Shown here piece by piece: positions 30,735 through 39,112 of a DNA stretch of 64,000 nt. How positions within the stretch are numbered: the first letter of the stretch is position 1; every line of letters starts with the position of its first letter. Source of the DNA: an uncultured delta proteobacterium (GTDB lineage: Bacteria; Myxococcota; Myxococcia; Myxococcales; Anaeromyxobacteraceae). The DNA lies in assembly GCA_963814585.1 (NCBI GenBank), contig CAWFDF010000008.1, positions 480,001 through 544,000 of the forward strand, given 5' to 3'. Below the pieces are notes generated by a model. The model saw only the letters and a program-made list of their open reading frames with translations, did no database searches and was not told where the DNA came from. The position numbers and the translations under genes are program-made.

Positions 30735-32408
30735 ATGGCCGACCACCGGCTGGACCCACGGCCGCTCGTCCAGCGGCGAGCTCGCCCGTCGCGGACCCAC
30801 GCGCTCAGGCCGCTCGCGGCCGCCCTGGCGCTGCTGGCCGCGCCGCTCCCGGCGACGTCCACCGAGCCGGCGGCGGGCCTGGCCTCGTCGCTGCTCGAGC
30901 TGGAGTCGCGCCCGGTCATCCGCTTCATGGCCTCCCTCGGCGCCACCCCTCCGGCCGAGCGGGCGCGGCAGGCCCGGGAGCGGCTCGAGGCGCTTCCGCT
31001 CGACGCGGCCGACCAGCCCATCGAGACGTCGCCGGCCCGGCTCGGCGACCAGCGGGGCCACCTCGTGCTGGTCGGCGGGAGGCTGGCCTTCGCGGTGCTG
31101 GAGGGCGACCTCGACCCGGCCGGGAGCGACACCACGCAGTCCCTGGCCACCGCCGCCGCGGCGAAGCTCTCGGAGGCGCTGCGGGCGCGCCGTGACCAGC
31201 GCTCCATCCCCCTGGTGCTGCGCGCCATCGGGGCCAGCGCGGCGGCCACCGCGATCCTGGCCTTCCTGCTCTGGGCCCTGAGCCGCCTGCGGCGCGGCGT
31301 GACCGGCGCGGTCACCAGCTTCGCCGAGCGACACACCGGCCTCCTGGTGCGGAAGGGGATCGACCCGAGGCCGCTGATCGCCTCCGGGGCGAGCGGGCTG
31401 CTGCGCCTGATCTCCCTGGTGGTGGCGATCGTCCTGCTCGACGTCTGGATCACCTTCGTGCTGGGACGCTTCCCGGCCACCGCCCCGTGGGCCGACGTCC
31501 TCACCGGCCGCGTGCTCCGCATCGTCGGCGACCTGGGCCTCGAGCTGCTGCGAGCCGTCCCGGGGCTGGTCGGCGTCGCCGTCATCCTCGCCGTGGCCCG
31601 GGCGATCTCGAAGTTCCTCTCCGGCCTCTTCGACCGGGTCGCGGCCGGGACCTTCCAGATGCCGGGGCTCCACCCCGAGACCATCGGGGCCTCGCGGCGC
31701 ATCGCCCAGACGCTCCTGTGGCTGGCCGCGCTGGCCGCCGCCTACCCGTACCTGCCGGGCTCCAGCTCCGAGGCCTTCAAGGGGCTGAGCCTGCTGATCG
31801 GCGTGATGGTCTCGCTCGGCTCGACCGGCCTCATGGCGCAGGCCATGAGCGGCCTGGTGATCATCTACTCCCGCTCCCTGGCCGTGGCGGACCTGGTCCG
31901 GTCCGGCCAGGTGGAGGGCGTGGTCTCGGAGGTCGGGCTGCTCTCCACCAAGCTGATCACGCAGCGCGGCGAGGAGGTGACCATCCCCAACAACGTGATG
32001 GTCGCCGGCGGCGTGACCAACTTCAGCCGGCTCAACCGCGGGACGGGCTCGCTGCTCACCACCACCGTCACCATCGGCTACGACGCCCCGTGGCGCCAGG
32101 TCGAGGACCTGCTGCTGGGCTCGGCCGCCAGGACCCGGGGACTGGTCGCCGAGGTGCGCCCGTTCGTGCTGCAGCGCTCGCTCGCGGACTTCTACGTCAC
32201 CTATGACCTGGTGATGCGGCTGGAGGATGCCCTCGACCGGCCGCAGGTCCTCTCCGAGCTCCACGGCCACATCCAGGACGCCTTCAACGAGGCCGGGGTC
32301 CAGATCATGTCGCCCCATTTCATGGTGCAGCCGCCATCACCGGTGCTGGCGCCGCCTCCCGGCGCCCAGGCCAAGGCCGCGCCGCGGACCCCGCCGGTTT
32401 CGGGATAG
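30735..32408 (+). CDS. MscS-family mechanosensitive channel with N-terminal periplasmic domain
   Basis: YPYLPGSSSEAFKGLS, VEGVVSEVGLLSTKL, VTIPN, IGYDAPWRQV, FNEAGVQIMSPHF. Confidence 0.9.
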   Translation: MADHRLDPRPLVQRRARPSRTHALRPLAAALALLAAPLPATSTEPAAGLASSLLELESRPVIRFMASLGATPPAERARQARERLEALPLDAADQPIETSPARLGDQRGHLVLVGGRLAFAVLEGDLDPAGSDTTQSLATAAAAKLSEALRARRDQRSIPLVLRAIGASAAATAILAFLLWALSRLRRGVTGAVTSFAERHTGLLVRKGIDPRPLIASGASGLLRLISLVVAIVLLDVWITFVLGRFPATAPWADVLTGRVLRIVGDLGLELLRAVPGLVGVAVILAVARAISKFLSGLFDRVAAGTFQMPGLHPETIGASRRIAQTLLWLAALAAAYPYLPGSSSEAFKGLSLLIGVMVSLGSTGLMAQAMSGLVIIYSRSLAVADLVRSGQVEGVVSEVGLLSTKLITQRGEEVTIPNNVMVAGGVTNFSRLNRGTGSLLTTTVTIGYDAPWRQVEDLLLGSAARTRGLVAEVRPFVLQRSLADFYVTYDLVMRLEDALDRPQVLSELHGHIQDAFNEAGVQIMSPHFMVQPPSPVLAPPPGAQAKAAPRTPPVSG

Positions 32409-32435
32409 AATCGTGCCACGCCACCAGGAGGCCAG

Positions 32436-32624
32436 ATGCCCGTCAGCAAGAAGCGCAAGAAGGATGGAAAGCCAGTCCACCGCACCGAGCCGGCGCGCCA
32501 GGAAGGAGAGCACGTCGCCCACCCGGACGCGAAGCCGGCCGGCCCTCCGCAGCTCCGCCCAGGAAAGCCGAGCAACCCGTTCGTCGCCAAGAAGACCGCC
32601 CGCAGCGCCCAGCGCGGCCGGTGA
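32436..32624 (+). CDS. Small basic hypothetical protein
   Basis: AGGAGG RBS, MPVSKKRKK start, biased codon usage. Confidence 0.65.
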   Translation: MPVSKKRKKDGKPVHRTEPARQEGEHVAHPDAKPAGPPQLRPGKPSNPFVAKKTARSAQRGR

Positions 32625-32628
32625 ACCG

Positions 32629-32913
32629 GTGGCGCGGCGGCGCGGCTGGAGCGTCTACATCCTCCGCTGCGCCGACGGCACGCTCTACACCGGCGCCACC
32701 AACGATCTCGGCAGGCGGATCGAGGCCCACGCCGCCGGGCGCGGGGCCCGGTACACCCGCTCCCGCCTTCCGGTGGCGCTGGCGTGGTCCGAGGCGGCCC
32801 GCGGTCGGAGCGGCGCGCTGCGGCGCGAGGCGGCCCTCAAGCGGCTGAGCCGGGCCGAGAAGCTCGGGCTGGTCGCCGGGATTCGCCGCCACTGGCGCAC
32901 CGAGGCGCATTGA
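32629..32913 (+). CDS. GIY-YIG nuclease family protein (UPF0213-like)
   Basis: WSVYILRCADGTLYTGATNDLGRR...H...GARYTRSRLPV...REAALKRL; GTG at 32629. Confidence 0.9.
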   Translation: MARRRGWSVYILRCADGTLYTGATNDLGRRIEAHAAGRGARYTRSRLPVALAWSEAARGRSGALRREAALKRLSRAEKLGLVAGIRRHWRTEAH

Positions 32914-33007
32914 CTCCCACACCGCGTCACCCGGTACCATCCGCCCGCGCCGATTGGGCCTCCGCGAGGCCCGGGAGAAGGAGCGCCCGCTGGGACCCCC
33001 GCACGAG

Positions 33008-34759
33008 ATGATGCCCTGTTCGCCCCGCTGGCTCGCCGCCACCGCCGCCGCGCTCGCCGCCCTCGGCTGCGTGCCCCAGCCGGTCTCGGGCTCGGCGCCA
33101 GTCGACACGGTGGTGTCACTCGGCGTGGTCGCGGCCGGCGGGCGGATCCCCCAGGCCTCCGGCCCGGTCACGCTCACGTTCGCCGGCTCGAGCGCCGGTC
33201 CGGGCGGTGTGCTGGCCCGCCGGTTCGCCGCCCCCCCGGCCCTCGACGGCGACGCCGCCGAGTGGTCCGGCTGGAGCGCCACCGACGTGCCCCTGGCGCC
33301 GCCCGGGCAGGCCGCCGGGCTGTCGGCGGCGGGCTGGTACTGCCGCTGGAGGACCCACCACAGCCAGGTGATCGACCCGGCCACCGGCCTCACCTTCTGC
33401 CCCACCCCCTGCAACCCCGATGCGCCGCCGGCCAGCGCCGCGGATGGCTCGGCCGGCTGCTCGGCGCCGCTCCCGCCCTTCGACCACGGCGTGGCCAGCA
33501 TCCAGGTGCGCGCGGGCTTCGACGACCAGGACCTCTACCTGCTGCTCCAGTGGAGCGCGCCGTCCCGGCACGACGTCCACCAGCCGTGGACCTGGGACGC
33601 GGCCGGGGCGGCCTGGCGCCAGGATCGGAGCCAGTCGGAGGACGCCGCCTACGTCGCCTTCGCCGTGGGGGAGAGCGCGCCGGCCCACGCCAAGCGCGGG
33701 TGCGCCACCGCCTGCCACGTCGCCGCGGCCCCCACGATCCTGGTCCCGCCCGTGCCGGCCCCCGCGCCCTGGCCGCCCGCCAGCTACCTCGCCAGCTTCT
33801 CCTGCCGGACCGGCGCGGAAGGCGAGCGGCTCGACGCCTGGACCTGGCGTGCCGCCTCGACCGCCCCCTATGGCCTGGCCGACGATCTCCGCATCGAGGC
33901 CGGCGGCCCGGCCGGCGACCGCTGCCAGGCGACCGACGGCATCACCTGCTCGAGGGCCTGCACGGCGCAGGACGGGTTCGGCCAGTTCGTCTACCCGTGC
34001 AGCCGAGGCACGGCCACGGTCAACCTCGCCGCTGGCCTGGCCGGCCAGCCGGGCCAGCCCTTCGCCCGGGCGGCCGGCGGCGGGGGCGGCGACTTCTCGC
34101 TCAACCCCCCCTACCTGTTCCGCCAGCCCGTCGATCCCGAGCCCGGCTGGGACCCGCGCTACCTCGCCTCGCCCCCGCCGCCACCGCTCGGCACCACCCC
34201 GGTGGCGCTCGCGCCGCCCTCCGATGCCGGTCCGTACACCCTCCCCGGCTTCGTGCTCCATCGCCCCAGCCCTCACCGGGACGACGTGCGGGCCGGGGCT
34301 CGCTGGGCCAACGGCGTCTGGACGCTCGAGCTGGCCCGGCGGCGCGTGACCGGCGACGCCGACGACGCCCAGCTCCAGCCCCGGAAGGGCGGCGCGACGG
34401 GGGGCGGAGGTGGGAGCGGCGCCTACTCGACCATCAGCGCCACCATCTTCGTGCCCCGCTGCGCCACCAGCGCGTGCCACTCCGGAGGGCCGCCGCCGCC
34501 CAGCGGGGTCCCGGTCTCGCTCGACGCCGACGTCGGCTGGTCGCAGCTGGTCTCGGTCCCCTCGGTCCAGGCACCGCTGATCCTCGTCGAGCCCGGCCAG
34601 CCCGGGCGGAGTTACCTGGTCAACAAACTTCGGGGATCCCACTCTTCCGTGGGAGGATTGGGGAACGTGATGCCTCCGCCAGCGGCGGGGGCGCCACTCA
34701 CCGAGGAGGAGATCCTGTCCATCGAGGCCTGGATCCGGAGCGGAGCACCCCGTGACTGA
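33008..34759 (+). CDS. Lipoprotein: DOMON-like (ethylbenzene dehydrogenase gamma-type) domain fused to a cytochrome c domain
   Basis: Lipobox LAALGC; PALDGDAAEW, AGFDDQDLYLLLQW, GCATACH, LDAWTW, GVWTLELAR; Gly linker; IFVPRCATSACH...VEPGQPGRSYL...MPP...IEAWIRSGA. Confidence 0.7.
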   Translation: MMPCSPRWLAATAAALAALGCVPQPVSGSAPVDTVVSLGVVAAGGRIPQASGPVTLTFAGSSAGPGGVLARRFAAPPALDGDAAEWSGWSATDVPLAPPGQAAGLSAAGWYCRWRTHHSQVIDPATGLTFCPTPCNPDAPPASAADGSAGCSAPLPPFDHGVASIQVRAGFDDQDLYLLLQWSAPSRHDVHQPWTWDAAGAAWRQDRSQSEDAAYVAFAVGESAPAHAKRGCATACHVAAAPTILVPPVPAPAPWPPASYLASFSCRTGAEGERLDAWTWRAASTAPYGLADDLRIEAGGPAGDRCQATDGITCSRACTAQDGFGQFVYPCSRGTATVNLAAGLAGQPGQPFARAAGGGGGDFSLNPPYLFRQPVDPEPGWDPRYLASPPPPPLGTTPVALAPPSDAGPYTLPGFVLHRPSPHRDDVRAGARWANGVWTLELARRRVTGDADDAQLQPRKGGATGGGGGSGAYSTISATIFVPRCATSACHSGGPPPPSGVPVSLDADVGWSQLVSVPSVQAPLILVEPGQPGRSYLVNKLRGSHSSVGGLGNVMPPPAAGAPLTEEEILSIEAWIRSGAPRD

Positions 34760-35900
34760 CCGAAGCGCCCGGCGGCTGGCCGCGTCGCTGGTCGTGGCCG
34801 CGGCCGCGCTGGGAGCGGCGCGCGCGGTGGCCGCCCCCAGCCTCCAGTTCTCGGGATCGGCCTACGTCGACGGCTGGGTCATCCCCACCCAGCAGCCCGA
34901 CGCCGACCAGGTGAAGGCGCCGCAGGGGATCACCATCGACGCCTCGATGCGGTTCGGCGTCGACATCCACGACACCCTCTCCTTCTCCGCCAAGGCCTGC
35001 ATCAGCTGCCACGGGATCGAGATGGACCACGTCATGCTCGACTGGCAGCCCAAGCCCTGGTTCAACGCCCAGTTCGGCCGGCTCAGCGTCCCGTTCGGCG
35101 AGTACGCCAACCGCATCGACCAGTCCGGCCACAAGACCACCTCGGCGCCGCTGATCTACGACATGGGGCGGATGGCCTACGCCGACCGGACCTCCTTCAA
35201 CTCCGGCGTGATCATGCTCCCCTACGTCGACACCGGCCTGATGGTCTACGGCACGACCTGGCTGGGGAGCGTGCTGCAGGTCTGGTACTCCGGCTACGCC
35301 GTCTCCGGCCTCAAGGGCACCAACGACCTGGAGTGGATGGCGCTCCGCACCTCCCCTTACGCCGACAACAACAAGACCCCCTCCTACGGCGGCCGCGTCG
35401 CCGTCACCTACTCGAGCGACCCGGGGGACGCCATCGGCGACGTCAGCCTCGGGGGCAGCTACACGGGAGGCCGCTACGATCGCGACGCCCTGCTCCGCTA
35501 CCAGGTGGCCGGCGCCGACCTCTCCATCCAGCTCTGGAAGGTCACGCTGCGCGGCGAGTACGCCATCCGCAGGACCGACCTCGATCCCGACGCCACCGGC
35601 TACCAGTGGGCCCTGGTGGACGGGTACTTCGACAAGCGGGGGTACTACGCGGAGCTGGAGCACCCGCTGGGGCGTTACCTCGCCATGGTCTACCGCTACG
35701 ACAAGCTGGAGCGGATCGGCGTCCCGCTCCCGGGCTCTGTGGCGAACATGACCCCGGAGACCGCCATCGAGCGGTTCACCGCCGGCACCGTCATCACGCC
35801 GGTCTCGGGGATGTACCTGAAGCTGTCGTACGAGTACTGGAAGCCGACCAGCTTCGTGGTGTTCCATTCGGGCCACGTCGGCATGGGGGGGGCATTCTGA
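34752..35900 (+). CDS. Outer-membrane beta-barrel (OprO/P-like features) containing a CxxCH motif
   Basis: Signal peptide, alternating beta-strand patterns, GRLSVPFG, DNN, terminal Phe, CISCH near the N-terminus. Confidence 0.7.
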   Translation: MTDRSARRLAASLVVAAAALGAARAVAAPSLQFSGSAYVDGWVIPTQQPDADQVKAPQGITIDASMRFGVDIHDTLSFSAKACISCHGIEMDHVMLDWQPKPWFNAQFGRLSVPFGEYANRIDQSGHKTTSAPLIYDMGRMAYADRTSFNSGVIMLPYVDTGLMVYGTTWLGSVLQVWYSGYAVSGLKGTNDLEWMALRTSPYADNNKTPSYGGRVAVTYSSDPGDAIGDVSLGGSYTGGRYDRDALLRYQVAGADLSIQLWKVTLRGEYAIRRTDLDPDATGYQWALVDGYFDKRGYYAELEHPLGRYLAMVYRYDKLERIGVPLPGSVANMTPETAIERFTAGTVITPVSGMYLKLSYEYWKPTSFVVFHSGHVGMGGAF

Positions 35901-36235
35901 TGAACTTCACGCTCGTGGTGCTGCTGGTCGCGGCGCTCGCCGTCGGGGCCAAGGACCCGTCCAAGGCGGAGTGGGATCCGCGAGACGACGGCCCGGACAA
36001 GATCGACGTCTCCTCGTGGCCGCCGGCCATGCAGAAGCGCTACCCGGTCTTCGCCGGCAAGTGCTCCAAGTGCCACCCGGTGGCGCGGCCCATCAACTCC
36101 CGCTTCGACGCCACGGAGTGGAAGCGCTACATGAAGAAGATGATCCGCCGCCCCAACTCGGGCATCAACGAGGAGCAGGCGGCCGACATCTACGAGTTCC
36201 TCAAGTACTACTCCAGCCACCAGGGGGCCAGGTAG
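35900..36235 (+). CDS. Small exported monoheme cytochrome c
   Basis: Signal peptide MNFTLVVLLVAALAVGA, KCSKCH, WKRYMKKM; ATG overlaps the preceding TGA. Confidence 0.85.
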   Translation: MNFTLVVLLVAALAVGAKDPSKAEWDPRDDGPDKIDVSSWPPAMQKRYPVFAGKCSKCHPVARPINSRFDATEWKRYMKKMIRRPNSGINEEQAADIYEFLKYYSSHQGAR

Positions 36236-38112
36236 TGCTGGAGAGGATCACCAACTCCCTCCGGCTCCGGCTGCAGGCCGCCACCCTGGTGCTGGTCGCC
36301 GGCGCGCTGCTGGTGGCCGCCTTCGGCTTCGACTGGGTGGCCCGCGGCGTGGTCGAGGCCGCCGTCCAGGACCACCTGCAGGCCCGCTCCCGGGAGGTCC
36401 ACGAGGCGGTGCTGCGCTTCCAGCGCGAGCGCGCCCTCACCGTCAGGAGCTGGGCCGAGGCCGAGGCGATGCAGCTCACCCTCGACTCCGGCGATCCCAA
36501 GTTCGTCGAGGACTTCCTCCGCCGGCTCATCCAGGACCAGGGCGGCTCGATCGCCGCCGTCGCGCTGACCGGGCCGGACGGGACGCTGCTGGCCGGAGTC
36601 CGCGCCGCGGCGGTGGGCGAGCGGCGCGGCCTGGCGCTGGCCTCGCAGCACGGCCGGCGGCTCGAGCTCCGCGTGGTGGAGCGGGCCCTGAACGACGACC
36701 CCGACGGCGTCCAGCTCGGGACCCTCGCGCAGCTCGACGAGGAGGGCGGCGACGAGCCGGTGATCCTGGTGGCCTCGCCGGTGCGCGACTTCGCCAGCGA
36801 CATCGTCGGGACGGTGGTGGCGGCCATCTCCACCAAGGCCATGCGCCGCCTCCTCGACGAGATCGGCGGAGCCGACGGCGACCTGGTGCCGGTGGTCTAC
36901 GACGCCGACCGCGCGCTGGTGCTGGTCCCGCCGGGCGTCGACGGGCGACTCATCGACCCGGTGGTCGCCATGGCGGCCCGGCCTGGCGTTCTGGAGCGGA
37001 CCGCGCCTCCGGGCGCCGCGCCGCTCCTCTCGGTGCGGACCGGAGCCGCCCTCAACCCGCCCCGGTGGACCGCCGCCATGGTCGAGCCCGAGGCCTCGGC
37101 CTACGGCCAGCTCGGCTCGCTCCGCCTCCTGCTCACGGTCCTCTTCGGGGCGGTGCTGGCGGGGGCCGGCCTGGCCAGCGTGGGCGCGCTGCGCGCCGCC
37201 GCCCGCCCGCTCTCGGAGGTGACCGGGTCGATGGCTCGCGTCGCCCAGGGCGACCTCTCGACCCGCATCCCCGGCAACTACTCGGACGAGCTCGGCGCCC
37301 TGGTCGGCTCCTTCAACACCATGGTGGCCGAGGTGGCCCGCTCCCGCGGCGAGCTGCAGCGGACCGAGGCGCTGCGCAAGGAGGTCCAGATCGCCCACCG
37401 CATCCAGACGGCCATCCTGCCCAACAGCCCGGCCGTTCCGGGCTACGAGGTGGCGGCGCGGATGAAGCCGGCCGAGGACGTGGGCGGAGACCTCTACGAC
37501 ATCCTCTCCTTCCCCGAGACCTTCTGGGTCCTGGTGGGGGACGTCTCCGGCCACGGCATCAACTCCGGGCTGGTGATGATGATGGCCCAGGCGGCCGCCT
37601 ACGGGACCATCGCCGACGATCCCAGCCGCGACCCGCGCGACGTGGTCTCGGCGGTCAACCGCGTGGTGCACGAGAACGTCCGGCAGCGGATGGGCCGGGA
37701 CGACTACCTCACCCTCATGGCCGCCCGCCACATGGGCGGGGGCCGCTTCGTCGCGGCCGGCGCCCACCAGCCCATCTTCATCGCCCGCGGTGGTGGCACG
37801 GTCGACGTGATCGAGCCGGCCGGCCCGTGGGTCGGGCTGACGGCCGACCTCTCCTCGCAGATCGTGTCCTACGAGTTCCAGCTCGGCCCCGGCGACGCCG
37901 TCTGCTTCATCACCGACGGCGTGGTCGAGGCCCAGGACTCGGAGGGGACGCTCTTCGGCGAGGACCGCCTCACCGAGCTCCTCCGCGCCGAGCACCCCGC
38001 CTCGGCCGCCGAGATCCTCACCCAGGTGTTCAAGGACGTTGAAGCACACGCCGCCACGCAGGCGGACGACATCACCGCCGTGGTCCTGAGACGGAAGACA
38101 CATGACGACTGA
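36235..38112 (+). CDS. Membrane PP2C/SpoIIE (RsbU-like) phosphatase with periplasmic sensor and HAMP domains
   Basis: Two TM segments, HAMP (GDLSTRI..DELGAL..FNTM), VGGDLYD, VGDVSGHG, ITDGVVEA, ADDITAVV; GTG at 36235. Confidence 0.92.
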   Translation: MLERITNSLRLRLQAATLVLVAGALLVAAFGFDWVARGVVEAAVQDHLQARSREVHEAVLRFQRERALTVRSWAEAEAMQLTLDSGDPKFVEDFLRRLIQDQGGSIAAVALTGPDGTLLAGVRAAAVGERRGLALASQHGRRLELRVVERALNDDPDGVQLGTLAQLDEEGGDEPVILVASPVRDFASDIVGTVVAAISTKAMRRLLDEIGGADGDLVPVVYDADRALVLVPPGVDGRLIDPVVAMAARPGVLERTAPPGAAPLLSVRTGAALNPPRWTAAMVEPEASAYGQLGSLRLLLTVLFGAVLAGAGLASVGALRAAARPLSEVTGSMARVAQGDLSTRIPGNYSDELGALVGSFNTMVAEVARSRGELQRTEALRKEVQIAHRIQTAILPNSPAVPGYEVAARMKPAEDVGGDLYDILSFPETFWVLVGDVSGHGINSGLVMMMAQAAAYGTIADDPSRDPRDVVSAVNRVVHENVRQRMGRDDYLTLMAARHMGGGRFVAAGAHQPIFIARGGGTVDVIEPAGPWVGLTADLSSQIVSYEFQLGPGDAVCFITDGVVEAQDSEGTLFGEDRLTELLRAEHPASAAEILTQVFKDVEAHAATQADDITAVVLRRKTHDD

Positions 38113-38623
38113 ACCCATCGAATCCAGCCGACCCATCTACCTGATGCTGCGCATGAAGCCGCCCTGGGTCTTCGTCGACGAGATCCGGCGCTTCGTGGAG
38201 TCCTTCTGCGCCTGCGCCTGCCCCGGCCAGACCCGCGAGGCCCAGGTGGCCCTGGCGGTCCACGAGCTGATGCAGAACGCCATCCCGCACGCCGCCGGGG
38301 AGAGCGTCGACCTGACCTTGCAGGTCGACCCCATCGCCGACCGGATCGAGATCGCGGTCTCCAACCCGGCCACCGCGGAGCAGTTCCAGGACGTCAAGAA
38401 CCGGCTCGACCGGATCAACGGCGAGCCCGACCCCTTGCAGAGCTACCTGCGCGCCATGGCGGAGGCGCCCATGAACCAGCGCGGCGGCCTCGGCCTGGCG
38501 CGGGTCCGCTTCGAGGCCCAGCTCGATCTCTCCATCACCCGCGAGGGGAACCGGATCACGGTCCTCGCCTGGGGCCGCCTCCGCGCGCCCCAGATCCAGG
38601 CACCCGGAGGTACCCATGGTTAA
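38102..38623 (+). CDS. RsbW/SiaB-like GHKL Ser/Thr kinase
   Basis: HELMQNA (N box), GGLGLAR (G box); lies between the PP2C and STAS genes. Confidence 0.75.
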   Translation: MTTEPIESSRPIYLMLRMKPPWVFVDEIRRFVESFCACACPGQTREAQVALAVHELMQNAIPHAAGESVDLTLQVDPIADRIEIAVSNPATAEQFQDVKNRLDRINGEPDPLQSYLRAMAEAPMNQRGGLGLARVRFEAQLDLSITREGNRITVLAWGRLRAPQIQAPGGTHG

Positions 38624-39017
38624 CCCCCCGTCCCCGCCCGGCGCACGCGCGCCGGCCATCCAGGTCTCGGAGGAGAAGTACTCGGCGTCGATGCACGCGG
38701 ATCCGATGGGCGCCCGCGTCCACTTCCGCGGCACCATCAGCACGGTCAACCCCGCCAGCGTGCTCAACCCGTTCGTCGACCAGGTCCACGACCACCTGAT
38801 CAAGAACGGCGCCAAGTCCGTCCGCGTCGACTTCACCGAGCTGGAGTTCTGCAACTCGTCCGGCTTCAAGAGCTTCATCTACTGGATCCAGAAGATCCAG
38901 GCGGCCGGCGACAAGCAGTACCGGCTTCGCTTCATCTCCAGCCCGGCGCGCAAGTGGCAGCGGACCAGCCTGCTGGCCCTCTCCTGCTACAGCCCGAGCG
39001 CGGTCGAGATCGGCTAG
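38616..39017 (+). CDS. STAS-like anti-anti-sigma factor / phospho-acceptor protein
   Basis: VDFTELEFCNSSGFKSF matches the STAS D.S.l.f.dSsG motif; KWQRTSL tail. Confidence 0.75.
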   Translation: MVNPPSPPGARAPAIQVSEEKYSASMHADPMGARVHFRGTISTVNPASVLNPFVDQVHDHLIKNGAKSVRVDFTELEFCNSSGFKSFIYWIQKIQAAGDKQYRLRFISSPARKWQRTSLLALSCYSPSAVEIG

Positions 39018-39039
39018 CGCCTCGACGACCCGGCACCGC

Positions 39040-39073
39040 GAAGGGGTCCGCTCCTCCGGGAACGGACCCCTTC
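39040..39073. terminator. Hairpin between convergent operons
   Basis: GAAGGGGTCCG...CGGACCCCTTC inverted repeat. Confidence 0.7.
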
Positions 39074-39112
39074 CTCGTCGGAGGCCCGGGCGGCGCCGAG
39101 GCGCCGCCACCC

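Noticed and set aside
32629..32913. GIY-YIG gene as a homing endonuclease or mobile element
   Set aside because: Short stand-alone UPF0213-type protein with no intron, intein or flanking repeats
32910..32940. TTGACT...TACCAT promoter for the 33-39 kb operon
   Set aside because: Spacer is 19 nt; plausible but too weak to list as a feature
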